The notes under the pieces were generated by a model. The model made no database searches and was not told the origin of the DNA. It saw only the letters and a list, made by a program, of their open reading frames with translations. Of a stretch of DNA of 64,000 bases, positions 1 through 11,909 are shown piece after piece. The position numbers and the translations under genes were made by a program. The stretch's first letter is position 1. Each line of letters opens with the position of its first letter. The DNA comes from Callorhinchus milii (taxonomy: Eukaryota): the NCBI RefSeq assembly GCF_018977255.1, contig NW_024704742.1:126730001-126794000 (forward strand). The letters are read 5' to 3'.

Positions 1-424
1 ACATCAAGGCCTGAAAGAACCAAAATTTCTGGAATCCAACATGGATAAGACAGAAGCCATCCTCTCTCTCTCAAACTCACTGAACCTTTGCACAACCTTC
101 AAACTTTCATATCACTGTTCTCCTACTTTACTCCTCCACTCTAACTCAGACTTTTGTGATCCCTGCCCTCTCAATGCTAGTCTGCAGCTAAGCCTTCATT
201 TTTCATGCACCCAGTCTCTGGAACAGCCTCTCTCTACCCCTCTGTCTTGCCCGTCTCTATGAGTCTCGCCTCCTTCTTCCAATGTTCCTATGGCTACATC
301 CGCCTGCCCTAAATTGGCTTCCAAACCCATCTTTGCTTATTCATTCAACAGCCAGATAGAATGGTCTTCCCCCCAACCACTCTATATCCTGAGGGGAAAG
401 TATTCAGGGATCCACAAGTATTGT

Positions 425-775
425 GGAGTCCTGTAGCTCAGTGATTAGAGCACTCGCCTCGCAAGCAAGAGACCTGGGTTCAATTCCCGGAGAGCGAAAT
501 GTTGAGCAAATTTCCTAACTCCACATCTCTGTTTACCTAGCAGTAAGCAGGAACCCGGTTGTTAGTCGATTGGCGGATTGCTTTTCCGGGGGTAATAATG
601 CTTTTAGAAAAAATGGTCACTCCATCTACGACTGTTTGTGGGATACTGCTGTGTGCAATTAGTTGTTGCGTTCCACCCGCAAAATATAGTTTACAGTATA
701 TTCTGTGAAGCACTTTGAGACGTCTCAAAGAAGTGATAAAGCACTATATCAAATGCAACAATTATTATTATTATT
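425..775 (+). mobile_element. tRNA-derived SINE (Deu-type core, L2-like 3' tail)
   Basis: A box gtagctcagtg, B box ggttcaattcc, core gtttgtggga..gctgtgtgcaa, (TAT)n tail. Confidence 0.85.
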
Positions 776-1328
776 TAGCCACTCCCTGAGTCCCAAGATA
801 ATTCAACCCTGATCTCCTTTGTTCCACAGAACACAGTTGCCTGCTCCTCTCTCTCATCCTTGCTCCAGAAGCATAGAAGTGTCCCATGGAGTATTTGTTA
901 ATTTGAGTTTTCATCAATCCCTATATCCTCCAACACTGCTCAAATAGGTAATAATCCAATATTGTTTTCAAGGAGTTAATCAATGCAGGATTTTTTGGTT
1001 CTGTTGCATGCATGTTCTATCAAGAATGCTGCTTTGTAAGTATTTCTGGCACAAATCTAGAGGACATATTTTTTATTGAATGTGGACTCGAAATATCAAA
1101 TATTTATCTACCTCCTTTGATTTTGCGCAGTAGACATTCTTTGGTCATGTGACCAACCTGCACTTTATACGGATGGTTGCTAATACACTCTGACATGATC
1201 TTATATAAGAACAACAGCCCAAACATCCATCTGAAGTTAGTTGAGATGAAATCCAGCATGAAATAGGTAATTGCAAACCGCTCTTTATTTCACATCATGT
1301 GGAAAAAACAAAACTAAGAAATTCTTAC

Positions 1329-1372
1329 CTCTGTAATTGTTACCCTTTGTCCGGCAAAGTCAAGTACATCTC
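1329..1372 (-). CDS. ATP8B5: ATP8B5-like exon, 44 nt (DVLDFAGQRVTITE); gene continues beyond the window start
   Basis: aacag|GA...GAG|gtaag, phase 1-0. Equivalent to the short ATP8B exon after the P-domain exon. Confidence 0.88.
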
Positions 1373-2040
1373 CTGTTAACAAAAAAATTAAATCAAAATG
1401 TATTAGAACCACATAAATTTACAGCCCAGGAGACCATTTGGCTCACCCCAGCTGCGCTGACTCTCTGAATTATATCAATTTTGTCCAATTCTAGTGCCTT
1501 TTCCCATACTCTTTAACATTTCTCATTTTTCAATTACTGATTTAATTCCTTCTTAAAACATTCGATTGGGTTTGGACAAAATATTTAAAGAAGTAATTTT
1601 TTTTTCACGCCATAATCCAAAGAACCCCATTATGATACGTTAGTTCTGATCCATAAAATTCCAAGCAGCATTACGATGAGTTGCAGTCGCAGGTTAGCAT
1701 TTCTGGATTCACTGTGCATATGCCAGAAAGCCATCTGGCCTCTACCCTAAAAACTGTCCATATCCAGATCATCAGGGGATGTTGGAGATGACCTGAAGAT
1801 ATAGACATCAGACATTTTTAGTGCAGAAAACTTGCTGGTGTTTTGAAGTGAGCTGACTGTTTTTGTGTGCACATTTCTGATTTTCTAGTAAGTAAATGTT
1901 GGGGTCCGCATCTCATTTTGGTTGTAAGTAGATTGAAAGAAAACAGGAATAATTGAGAACTTGTGTAAAAAAAATGTTTACCAGGATCAGTATGGTTGAA
2001 AGTGTCATTAAAATTAAATGCAAAATATATTGATTCTTAC

Positions 2041-2249
2041 CATATAATACACCGTTAATTGTGCACTTGTTGAATGCCATGATGTTCTGTGTCAGAGTAC
2101 CCGTTTTATCAGAGAAAATATATTTAATTTGCCCAAGCTCCTCATTTAGTGTTGTAGTCCGAGCTTTTGCAGGAAAATCTTTCTTTGGGTAATACATTTT
2201 ACGATCCCAGTCAATGTAGAAGCTATTACCCAGACGTATTATTTCAACA
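2041..2249 (-). CDS. ATP8B5: ATP8B5-like exon, 209 nt ([15 protein letters not shown]...[26 protein letters not shown]), P domain
   Basis: Intact DKTGT phosphorylation motif, phase 2-1. Confidence 0.97.
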
Positions 2250-3018
2250 CTAGTTAAAAATAAGAGATGAAAGTAATATTGAGAAATAGTCTTTTTGCTC
2301 ATGACATATAATAATAATCCTTAATAATAATCCTTGCATTTTATTTGGGGGATCTTTGGCCAGGACACCCGGAGAAACTCCGTTCTCTTTTCAAATAGTG
2401 CCATGAGATCTTGCGAACTGGCAGATTGGACCTCGGTTTTACATCTCACCTGAAAAGCTGCATCTCTGACAATCTAATTTAAATAATATGTTTCCTTTAA
2501 AAAACACAAAATATTGTTGATTAGCAACTAAAGTGAATGTTATGCAGGCACACCCAGCAGCTCCCAGTATCTTATCTGCCCCCCAAGGAGAATAGTGCAA
2601 ACCCAGCACCAGTCTGCACCAACAATTCCCTATAAACAACATCGCCCCGTTTGTTAACACAAACCCAAGTATCCCTCAGCAGAAAACTACAGATTTGTTG
2701 AGAGGAGGGGGTGTAAAAATGAGAAGTATGAACGACCAAATAAATCCAAGAAGCAAAGCAAAACAAAACTATTTTCCATCTGTGGCAGCCTGTCTTTTAA
2801 ATGTGAGCATTTTAAAGGGTCAAGAGTGATAATGCAAAACTCTTTTTATGCCATAATATGGAAATCCCATATCACCTTAGTTTCATGAAATTACAATTGA
2901 GTTCATAAAGTTTATGGATCACTTATTCTATATTAACATCTTATACAAAATACTATATGTTGAATGACATTGTTCTGGAAACACACATTCACTAAATGTA
3001 CTAAAAAAAAGCACTCAC

Positions 3019-3215
3019 CTGACATACAGGGAAATTGGCACAACAGTATTCAAAATGATCACATAAGACCAGAACACAAGGAATCCAGAAAACGAAGAAT
3101 TTGATATGTAAGATTGCCAAGGCAAGAAGGTTTGAAAGTAATACCCAATATTATGTTGCCAGAAAGCATTTCCAAAAGCCAGAAATGTACACATGATGGC
3201 TAGGAAGCCAAAAAT
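3019..3215 (-). CDS. ATP8B5: ATP8B5-like exon, 197 nt (IFGFLAIMC...SYVIILNTVVPISLYV), TM3-TM4
   Basis: PISL motif, AG/GTGAG bounded. Confidence 0.96.
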
Positions 3216-3994
3216 CTGCAATTAATGAACAAAACAAAAATAGTTAAAAAATGGATATATAGAATTATAACAAGACAAGTCTGGAAGAACATCTTTCAAA
3301 ATAACAGCTTTTATTTTTAAAAATATATTTAAATTAAACCACTGTGTCTCAGAATCGTTTGCACTTTTTTGTTCAAGAATAGTCAAACCAAACCACAGAT
3401 AAAAATTCTGATAAGTGCTTTATAGAGTGTCAAGTATCTTACCTTGTAATTTGTTTATCTTAAGACCGTGTAGAACACAGATTCAACTTCAATTATTTGA
3501 ACCAAAATTCAAGCATATCAATTAAGCAACTATTTACGTGTCCCTATCCACGTGTTCCAGTTCTACTTAACTGGTTTTGTCTCTTACAGCAACAAATAAC
3601 AATGTTCATTTGTTCCTTATTTTATTTAAATTTGTTGTAAAGAATGCATTAATTATATTTACTGTTAAAATTCAGGATTTTTCTTACATTAAGACATACC
3701 CACAATTCACATAAGTAGACTTTGTGAACTGGAACTATGCCCTTTCAGATAAAAACGAAACTAGTTTAATACACAGTAGTGATCAGCAAATATGCAAAAA
3801 TACAGATTCTATGAACATGCAAATTACCCTTACAAGAGTCAAAAAAGCTTAAACCATGACAGTTAGCAGGAAATAAAATGTTTCTAATGATGAAGTAATA
3901 TCATTTGTCACAATTGCAGGAGCTGCTACTTTTCGAGCAACAGCTGGCAGTCAACTGCAGAGGAAAAGTTATACTTACTCATGTCTATGATATA

Positions 3995-4465
3995 ATAATA
4001 ATCCTTGCATTTGATATAGAGTTTTATCATATTATGAAGACATCTCAAAGCATTTCACAGTGTTCTGTAAAGTGACTGTGTATTTTGTGGGAAAATGCAA
4101 CAGCCAATTTTATACACATCAATGTCCCACAAACAGCCATGGAGTGGATGACAACAACAAGAAGATTACATTTTACAGATTACATGGATGACCACATTTA
4201 TTGGGGGGGTTTCTAGCCAGGACACTGTGAGAAACTCCCTTTTCTGTTTGGATCTTTAACATTCACCTTGATAAGCAGACTGGACTGCAGTTTAATGTCT
4301 TATTCGAAGGATGACATATCTGACAATGCAGCAGCCTCCCACCCCTCCCCCTGCATTGGAGTGTCAGCATAGACTATACGGGTTCCAAGTCCTGATGTGG
4401 GGCTTGAACCAATAACCTTCTAACTCGGGAGGCGAAAGTGCTACCAACTGACCAAGGCTGACACA
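3995..4465 (-). mobile_element. Older, diverged Deu-type SINE (similar relics at ~13400-13700+, 15100-15520+, 26690-27060-, 32230-32490-, 45310-45730-, 47300-47700+, 55200-55450-)
   Basis: Shared blocks ccaggacac..agaaactcc, cccacaaacagcc and a tRNA-like head ggggcttgaacc. Confidence 0.7.
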
Positions 4466-4786
4466 CAAATTCAATGACCTGATAATATTGAACTTCAAAC
4501 AATTCTTTCACAAACAGCCAACATCAATACTAAAAATGTGTTATCAATTTGAAATATCTCAATATGCAAAATATCACAATATCTCCTGAGAAATAATAAT
4601 GATTCTATTGTATTTAAAACCCACCTGTTGCCAACTTTGTTTGAATAATTTTGAGAACCTGACTGCTAACTCTGAGGGTGTCAAATCTTTGTGATCTTGA
4701 TCTGATTCAATCATTCATTAACTCCAGACATTAGAGGCTAAGATCAATCCTTTGGTTACAAATGCTTTATATTTATATCTACTTAC

Positions 4787-4875
4787 CCATAGAACAAGAA
4801 CGTTCATCAGTCGATCTATACTTGTCCGTTTAAAAGTTGGCAGTCCACTATTTTGCATTAGTTTTGTTTCTGGTC
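4787..4875 (-). CDS. ATP8B5: ATP8B5-like exon, 89 nt (PETKLMQNSGLPTFKRTSIDRLMNVLVLW)
   Basis: GxxTKLMQN motif, phase 1-0. Confidence 0.95.
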
Positions 4876-5111
4876 CTTGAAAAAAAGTGATAATAATATA
4901 AGTAACTAATATTGTTCACAATTTTCAGCTTCTTGCGCTTGAACAAATCTGTATTTGAACATTGACATGTGTATTAGGAGCTGGAACACTGAAGCCTAAA
5001 TCTAAAATAAATGCTGTTTTTACCCAGCTTTGTTTGCATTTTCTGTCCAACTATTTAATATTCTAATCTCATCTCTAACTGATGCATGAATACCATTCTA
5101 TACTTTAAAAA

Positions 5112-5410
5112 AACACAAAATACTGCAGATGCTGGAAATCTGAAAAAAAAAACAGAAGTGGCCAGGAACACTCAGCAGGTCAGGCAGCATCTATGGAGAA
5201 AGGAAAGTGAGTCAACATTTCGGGTCATATGTTTTAGGGTCTTCCTTGCCCTGCCTCCCCCCTTCTCTGTTAGCCCTTAAAAGCCTCTCCCTCCCAACAT
5301 GCCCCAGTTCTAATGAAGAGTCGTGGACCCGAAACGTTGACTCACTTTTCTTTCTCCATAGATGCTGCCTGACCTGCTGAGTGTTCCCAGCGACTTCTGT
5401 TTTTGTTTTC
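5112..5410. mobile_element. Penelope-like element remnant with inverted terminal arms
   Basis: 5140-5226 is the reverse complement of 5326-5410. The arm sequence (cagatgctgg..ctcagcaggtcaggcagcatct) is of the type seen in chondrichthyan Penelope-like repeats. Confidence 0.7.
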
Positions 5411-5477
5411 ACCATTCTATACTATTCCACTTTGCTTTTGGAAGTGGGAATTTTATTAAGCTCATCTATGTGGTTGC

Positions 5478-6117
5478 AACCCATAACATTCTGGTTCAGA
5501 GACAAGATTGCTAAATCAAGCTATTGCCTGATTTAATGTCATTTATGTGGACTACATTGTATATTTGTTCAAGCTTGCCAAACATTTTCCCTTAAGATCA
5601 AGTCCCTCGTAGAAATTAATCTTTACAGATCCTGATCACATTATAGATGATATAATATATTTGGCTGCAAATTATTTATGTATAATCATAAGAATGATCT
5701 ACTATTTATCTACTACAGTATTAACTGCTGTGAAAATTATTGGCCAAGGTCTCAGAAACAAAATCAGGTTTTGTTGCTAATACCTCCTGAGAAACAAGGT
5801 ATTAATATGGCTTATAACCTTAAGAGTACTCAATATGGATATTGAGCACCTCCAACAAAGTTAGACTTCCCCAATACTGCACTAGAATATCACCACAGAT
5901 TATGGGTTTTAAAACCCAAGTTGGAGGCTTGTACCCATAACCTTCAGGCTCAGAGACTAGAGTGCTAAATCAAGCTAACACCTGATTTAATGTCATTCAT
6001 TTTACAACATTGTATATTTGTTCAAACTTGCAAAACATTTTCCCTGAAGATCGAGTCCCTTTGGCTACTGGTCATAGAAATTAATCTTTACAGATTCTGA
6101 TCACATCATAGATGATA
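5478..6117 (+). repeat. Diverged direct duplication of ~180 bp (5478-5652 and 5932-6117)
   Basis: Shared blocks gctaaatcaagct, acattgtatatttgttcaa and tagaaattaatctttacagat. Confidence 0.85.
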
Positions 6118-6139
6118 CTGGGATCTCATGTTTGACTAC

Positions 6140-6298
6140 CTGCAAAGATAACAAGGCCAAAGCACCATTCTGTGTTTCTCAGAACACAGCCACGCAGTAG
6201 CAGTTTCTCTACATTCAGTGGATATTTATTTCCTTGGTAAGTAAGTGTGCCCACAAATTTATCCAACTTGTTATTGGGTATTTCGCATTTAATGTCAC
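6140..6298 (-). CDS. ATP8B5: ATP8B5-like exon, 159 nt ([52 protein letters not shown])
   Basis: LLRGCxLRNT motif, phase 1-1. Confidence 0.95.
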
Positions 6299-6384
6299 CT
6301 TGGATTTAAAAAAGAATTCACATGTATTCAAAGAATATCTAACTAGTTTCACCATTATACAATGCAATTTACATTTACATGGCA

Positions 6385-6960
6385 TCGTTCGCGTCAGGAG
6401 GGTATCACAAAGCCCTTCACAAAGCTGGTTGTGAACCCATATTTGGGAGAAGAGTGGATGACCCCGGTACACACTTCCAGGGAGTTTGAGGATTTAAGTC
6501 TTAAGGCGAGATGCAGGGATTCCAGAAAGGAGTTCCAGACAGCCGGGGCAGAATGGCTGAAAGCTCACTCACCAAGAGTGGGACAGATCGGGCAAGGGAT
6601 ACCATACAGAAAATATTCACTGTAGAGGGGGAGCGAATGGGTTGATAGTTAGCAAGTACAGTATAAGTTGGGGGGGGGTTGGGTGAGACTGTGGAGGGAA
6701 ACAATGTTGAATTTGATCCGTGGGATGATGGGGAACCAATAGTCCAGCAAACAGGATGTTGGAATAATCAAGCCTGGATGTGATGAAGGTATGAATAAGG
6801 GTCTCAGCAGCCCGAATGACAGGTATTGATGAAAGCGGGTGATGCTGTGAATGGGAGGGAAAGCTGAGCCAGTGAGAGCCAGGTGTAGGGCTTAAAATGA
6901 CAAACATGAGGGCTTGGGGTCAAACATGATACTGAGATTCCACACTGGCTCTGTGAGTTA
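6385..6960 (-). mobile_element. L2 LINE ORF2 3' fragment (degenerate)
   Basis: AAETLIHTFITSRLDYSN peptide. Confidence 0.8.
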
Positions 6961-7400
6961 GAGCAAGTATCTGTGCAGGTTGATGGTGTAAACCCCTGGA
7001 AGAATTTTTCTCTTAACTCGGTTCTAACCAGTTTCCCCAATTTTTTTTTGAACAGGCTAAAGGGACTAAAAATCAACAATTACCCTGACACAAGTGAATT
7101 TTATCCAGTGTATTTCAGAGGATATTTTTGAAGTGCTAACAGTCATTTGCAACAAGTTAATATATACTGGTAAGGTTTCAAGATACAGGAAACAAGTATT
7201 TGTAGTTCCCATATTCAAGAAGGGTGACAGTTATACCTAGAAATTAGAGATCCATAAACTTCACCAAAATAATTGGAAAAGAAATGCAACCAACTGGAAA
7301 ATTATTTCAGATTTGCAGGATATTTTTAAAAATTCATGATGTTAATTTGGTTTTAACTTTTTAATCCAAATGATCAGTACCATAGTACAAATTAACACAC

Positions 7401-7483
7401 CATCAAAAGCTGCCAGAGCATGGATGTCTTCTCCCATGACCGAAGTGACTGTTAATGCCTGTTTCACTTTTAGATTTGTTTCC
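7401..7483 (-). CDS. ATP8B5: ATP8B5-like exon, 83 nt (ETNLKVKQALTVTSVMGEDIHALAAFD)
   Basis: Completes DGETNLK, phase 2-1, donor GTGTGT. Confidence 0.94.
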
Positions 7484-8211
7484 CTATAACAGAACATTAA
7501 TTAACATGTTATATATTAGAAATTACAGAAAGGCATCCTATACATATGATTACACATATTAATTGATAAAGGTAATGTTATGGATGTGGTATTTGCAGAT
7601 TTTCATAAGACTTCTTATCAGGTGCCAAGATGTTGCGATTGGACAGATAGATGTTAAATGAAATGTAAAGTGGAGAAAAGTGAGTGGTTATCCTTTTTAG
7701 GAGGAAGAATAAGGAGAGGAAGAACAGTGGAAAGTCCATCTTATTGGCATCCGAGGTTAACCGAAGTTCCATTACCTGTCCCCAACCAGCAGTGGAGCAT
7801 CACTGCACCTCCCCCCCATTGCCATTCCCATTGGACAGGAAGGGGACCAATTAGTGGCGGCTCTGAGGTGATTGACAGCCTTGGAGCCACTTATGAATGG
7901 ATGGGCTCCAGCCATTTACAAGTGTCTCCAGGCTTGTCAATCAATTGCAATTTGACTCCTCCCATTCCCTCCCTTGTGTCTGCCTTGTTCCTCCATCCCC
8001 TCATTGATTGATAGGCCAAAGCTGCTTGTGAATTGTCGGAGTCTGCTGTCAATCAATCACAATGTGACTACACCCATCTCCATCCTGTAGCCGTTCCGAG
8101 ACACGGAAGGTGTGAGTGAATACTTTCAGCAGTGACCGGTGCGGCATTTTGTCAGATTAACTGGATTGTTGTACGAATTACCCAGCATGTTTAAAATGGG
8201 TAACAATACAA

Positions 8212-8538
8212 ATAATAATAATAATAATAATCCTTGCATTTGATATAGCGCTTTTCACGTCTTCTAGATGTCCCAAAGCGCTTCACAGAACACACTGTAA
8301 AGTGAATTGACTGTATATTTGTGAGCGAACGCAGCAGCCAATTGCGCACAGCAATGTCCCACAAACAGTCGTGGATTGAAAATGACCAATTTATTATTGT
8401 TTTTGGTTTTGGAGGGATTATTATTAGGCTCTGTGTGGAGTAAGAAAACTTGCCCAAGGTTTCGCCCTCTGCCTGGAATTGAACCACGGGTCTCTCGCTT
8501 GCAAAGCGAATGCTCAACCACTGAGCTACAGGACTCCA
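8212..8538 (-). mobile_element. Young tRNA-derived SINE, full length
   Basis: Reverse complement of the consensus shared with the copies at 14546, 31118 and 44465. Confidence 0.92.
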
Positions 8539-8670
8539 CAAATAAGTTGGGGCCAGGCGGTTCGTCCTATTTACCCGGGGTCCGAGGTTAACCGGCACAC
8601 CAGCATGATGCTTATGGTAAGAAATGCCATTGTCACCTGCAACAATATTTACTTATGCTCAGGTACTTAC

Positions 8671-8741
8671 CCATCAAGCTCAGCTGTCTCAATGTAAACC
8701 AAGCCATGTGGTTCACTGCTTGTTAACAACAGTACATCTGC
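8671..8741 (-). CDS. ATP8B5: ATP8B5-like exon, 71 nt (ADVLLLTSSEPHGLVYIETAELDG)
   Basis: First half of the DGET motif, AG/GT bounded. Confidence 0.95.
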
Positions 8742-9006
8742 CTACAAATAAAAATGTAAGGCTTAGTTCTGAACCGGTACAAGTATTATCAATATTCTAT
8801 CACTATTTTGCACATTACAACTCAGAGTTTTGGGAATGAGGGAAAAGCGCAACGACAATCTGTTTTTACAAGATTATTGAAAATTAACCAAGTTGCGAAT
8901 GACTTTCATCTTGCAGAAGTAGCTGAACTCAAAATGGTTAAATTCTAGGGAAGACAAAAAATAACTTGTTGTGAGTATCAACATCATCAATAATAGGTAC
9001 TGAGGG

Positions 9007-9880
9007 CAACAACAACAAAATTACATTTGTAAAGCGCCTGTCACGTCGGGTGGACGTCCCAAGACGCTGAACAGTTGGGCATCAGGACCTGAGCGTGGGG
9101 GGCAGGGTTGGGATGAGGGAGGGCAGAGAGGTAGAAGGGCGGCTGAAGGCACGGTCAAAAAGGAGGGTCTTGAGTTGTGCCTTGAAGGAGGCAAGGGAGG
9201 GAGTAAGGGAAAGGGATTGTGGGATGGAGTTCCAAAGGGTGGGGGTAGGGTGGGTCGGGCAGGTGACACGGAGTAGGCTGGAGCCTGTTGAACAGAGGGA
9301 GGGGACAGGTTGATGGGGAGTTAGCAGGTCAGAGAGGTAGGAGGGGACAAGCCCTTCGAGGGCCTTGAAAGTTAGGTGATGATTTTGAATTTTATCGTCT
9401 GAGGGATGGGGTGGTGCAGTGGAGCCGGACGAGGGTGGGGATGATGGGGTCACGGAGCCTGGTGCAGGAGAGGACATGAGCTGCAGAGTTCTGGATGATC
9501 CGTAGTTTGTGGAGGGAAGAGTTGAGGAGGCCGACAAGGAAGGAGTTTCCGTAGTCGAGCCTTGAGGTGATGAATGCGTGTATGAGGGTTTTGGCGGCCT
9601 GAGGGGTAAGGCAGTGGCAGAGTCTAGCAATGTTACAGAGGTGGGGGAAGGCAGAGCGGCTCGTGGCGTGGATGTGTGGTAGAAAAGATAGTTGAGGGTC
9701 AAACAAGATGCCAAAATTCCAGACTGGCTCAGTAAGGTGGAGTGTGCATCCTTGGAGGTGATGCTGTGATGCCTGAGGCGTGGAGGCGCTGATGGGAGCC
9801 AATCAGGGGGGCCTCGGTCTTGTTGACGTTCAACTGTAGAAAGTTAGATCTCATCCATGACTTGATGTTTGACACACTGA
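9007..9880 (-). mobile_element. L2 LINE 3' part with (GTT)n tail
   Basis: LIHAFITSRLDYGNS..IQNSAA peptide and 3' end. Confidence 0.92.
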
Positions 9881-10357
9881 CATGGTGTCGCGTGTTCTCA
9901 GCTTTTGGAATGTTTCTAGACCAACCACCATCAGGAGAGTTTGATTCTTGAAATCATAACCCAAGAAGCTCAAGAACAACTTTGAAGAACTTACTCTCTA
10001 AAAGTTATGTATTAGAATTAAGATGGTTGTCTTAAAATTTAAGTTGGTGCAGAATTTTAGAGAAATTATAAATTCAATGATAATTTACAGGTTTCTCGCA
10101 TTTCTTAAAAGAAACAGCATATTGAACAGAGGAAATCAGAACAACAATGTCAACAGCAATATTTATAAAACAAGAATTCAAGTCTTGGAAAAAATTAGGC
10201 TTTTTGTAATGTAACGAAGTACCAGCAATCACTTAAAACATGCAAGGATTTTATCTACATTAACGGCATAATGAAATAAATATATATACTGGCAATTGAG
10301 AAGGAACCTTGTTTCATTTTTTGTAACTTTATATTCTGTATTTTAAATACTACTTAC

Positions 10358-10430
10358 TGTTACAAATTGGTTATTTTGGAGTTTAATTATATCGCCCACT
10401 TGAACATGCATCCATTTTTCCCTCTCTAAC
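10358..10430 (-). CDS. ATP8B5: ATP8B5-like exon, 73 nt (LEREKWMHVQVGDIIKLQNNQFVT)
   Basis: Actuator-domain WxxVxVGDII motif, phase 2-0. Confidence 0.95.
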
Positions 10431-11497
10431 CTACAGAAAAGAATAAAATAAACGCCTGTAGAAAATGCCAACAGAAATGAATACATGTCTATGCAAACCA
10501 AAGCTAAACGTCATCCATATTTACCTGAAATATGTATTTACATCCCTATTAAATTAGTAGTAATCACAAACCTGCTTGCTTATTGGAAATCTATCAATCA
10601 AGTAAGACTTGAAATTTTTTGTGAAAAAAGGATTATAATAAAATAATAATCCTTGCATTTGATATAGCCTTATTACGTCTTCGATACGTTTAATGAAAAA
10701 GATAAATTCCATGTGGTTCAATAGAGTTCCGATCTACTTTACAATTTTCTTCAGTTTTAAAATTAGTAATGGACTAATCTGATAAATTTACATATGCACA
10801 ATGAAGGGAAGTTGCCTATCCAACACACAATATACTTAAAAGCGTTGATAGTTATTGGTGACTGAAAATTATAATTTTTGTCTCACTTAGGTGGGACTCC
10901 AAAACAGAAGGGGAAAATCTTGCATTGAGGTGGCAATGTGTGTGAATAACATTATGGGTAGAGATGCCATATAAAAATAAATTCCAACTTAGTAATGTTA
11001 CAATATTCCAGTCAAACTCTTTGCCTCCATAGTCTTAAAAATATGAGAATTATGCCATGGTCAATGGAAAAGCACTTCAAGAAATATGAGTGCTAAGGAT
11101 TTCAAAGAGCTTAACTACCTCATCAGTGTTTAAATAGTAGAGTAGCAGTCAAGAAAAGGTAACTCATTTCTGCAGAGGGTGGTGATGGGTGTGGAGGTCG
11201 GTGCGAAGAGCTATGTAAATATGTTGTTCGTGTTGAAGATAAAATTATATAAATAAAAATATAAATGCAGTTTCCAACTTGGGGAAAAAAACATTCAAAA
11301 CATATGAATATCTCAGGACCTTTCCATGGGCTGGATGCACTTATCTCAAAAAACATGCACTAAGATAACAAAAGAATTTTGCATGCAAAATTAACACATT
11401 ATTTTTACTTAATTAGCAAAATTAGAGCAGTGTTTTGTGTGTAATTTTGACTCTTCTGCTTGAGGAAACCAAAAAACAAGAATAGGACACAACTTAC

Positions 11498-11559
11498 TTC
11501 TTATTTGAGAGAATCTTAACGTAGCGATTGTTGACTTGTTTGTCACTCTGGTGGCGATT
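11498..11559 (-). CDS. ATP8B5: ATP8B5-like exon, 62 nt (NRHQSDKQVNNRYVKILSNK)
   Basis: RHxSDxQVNNR motif, AG/GT bounded, phase 0-2. Confidence 0.93.
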
Positions 11560-11909
11560 CTGAGAGAGACCACAATCAGTACGTTCAGATAAAATTGCTC
11601 ACCAAATTGGAGAAAATATAATACCTAGTCTTTTGTCATTGCATTCTGATAAAATGATTCATATCCACTGACGTCTAGTGCAAATTGATATAAATTGGCT
11701 TAATCCTACCGACCATATATTTTTTTAAATGAGATAAAAAATAGTTATACACTTATATAACACAATTCAGTAGCTCCCCAGTAGTAAGTTAAGACATTTC
11801 ACTTGCAGCACAAAGCTATAAAAAGTTAAAGTTTTGAAGAAAAGTGTTAGTTTAAATTCAAGTCAGAAATCTCAAGTCAGTATGATAGACTACCAAGTCA
11901 GAATCATAG

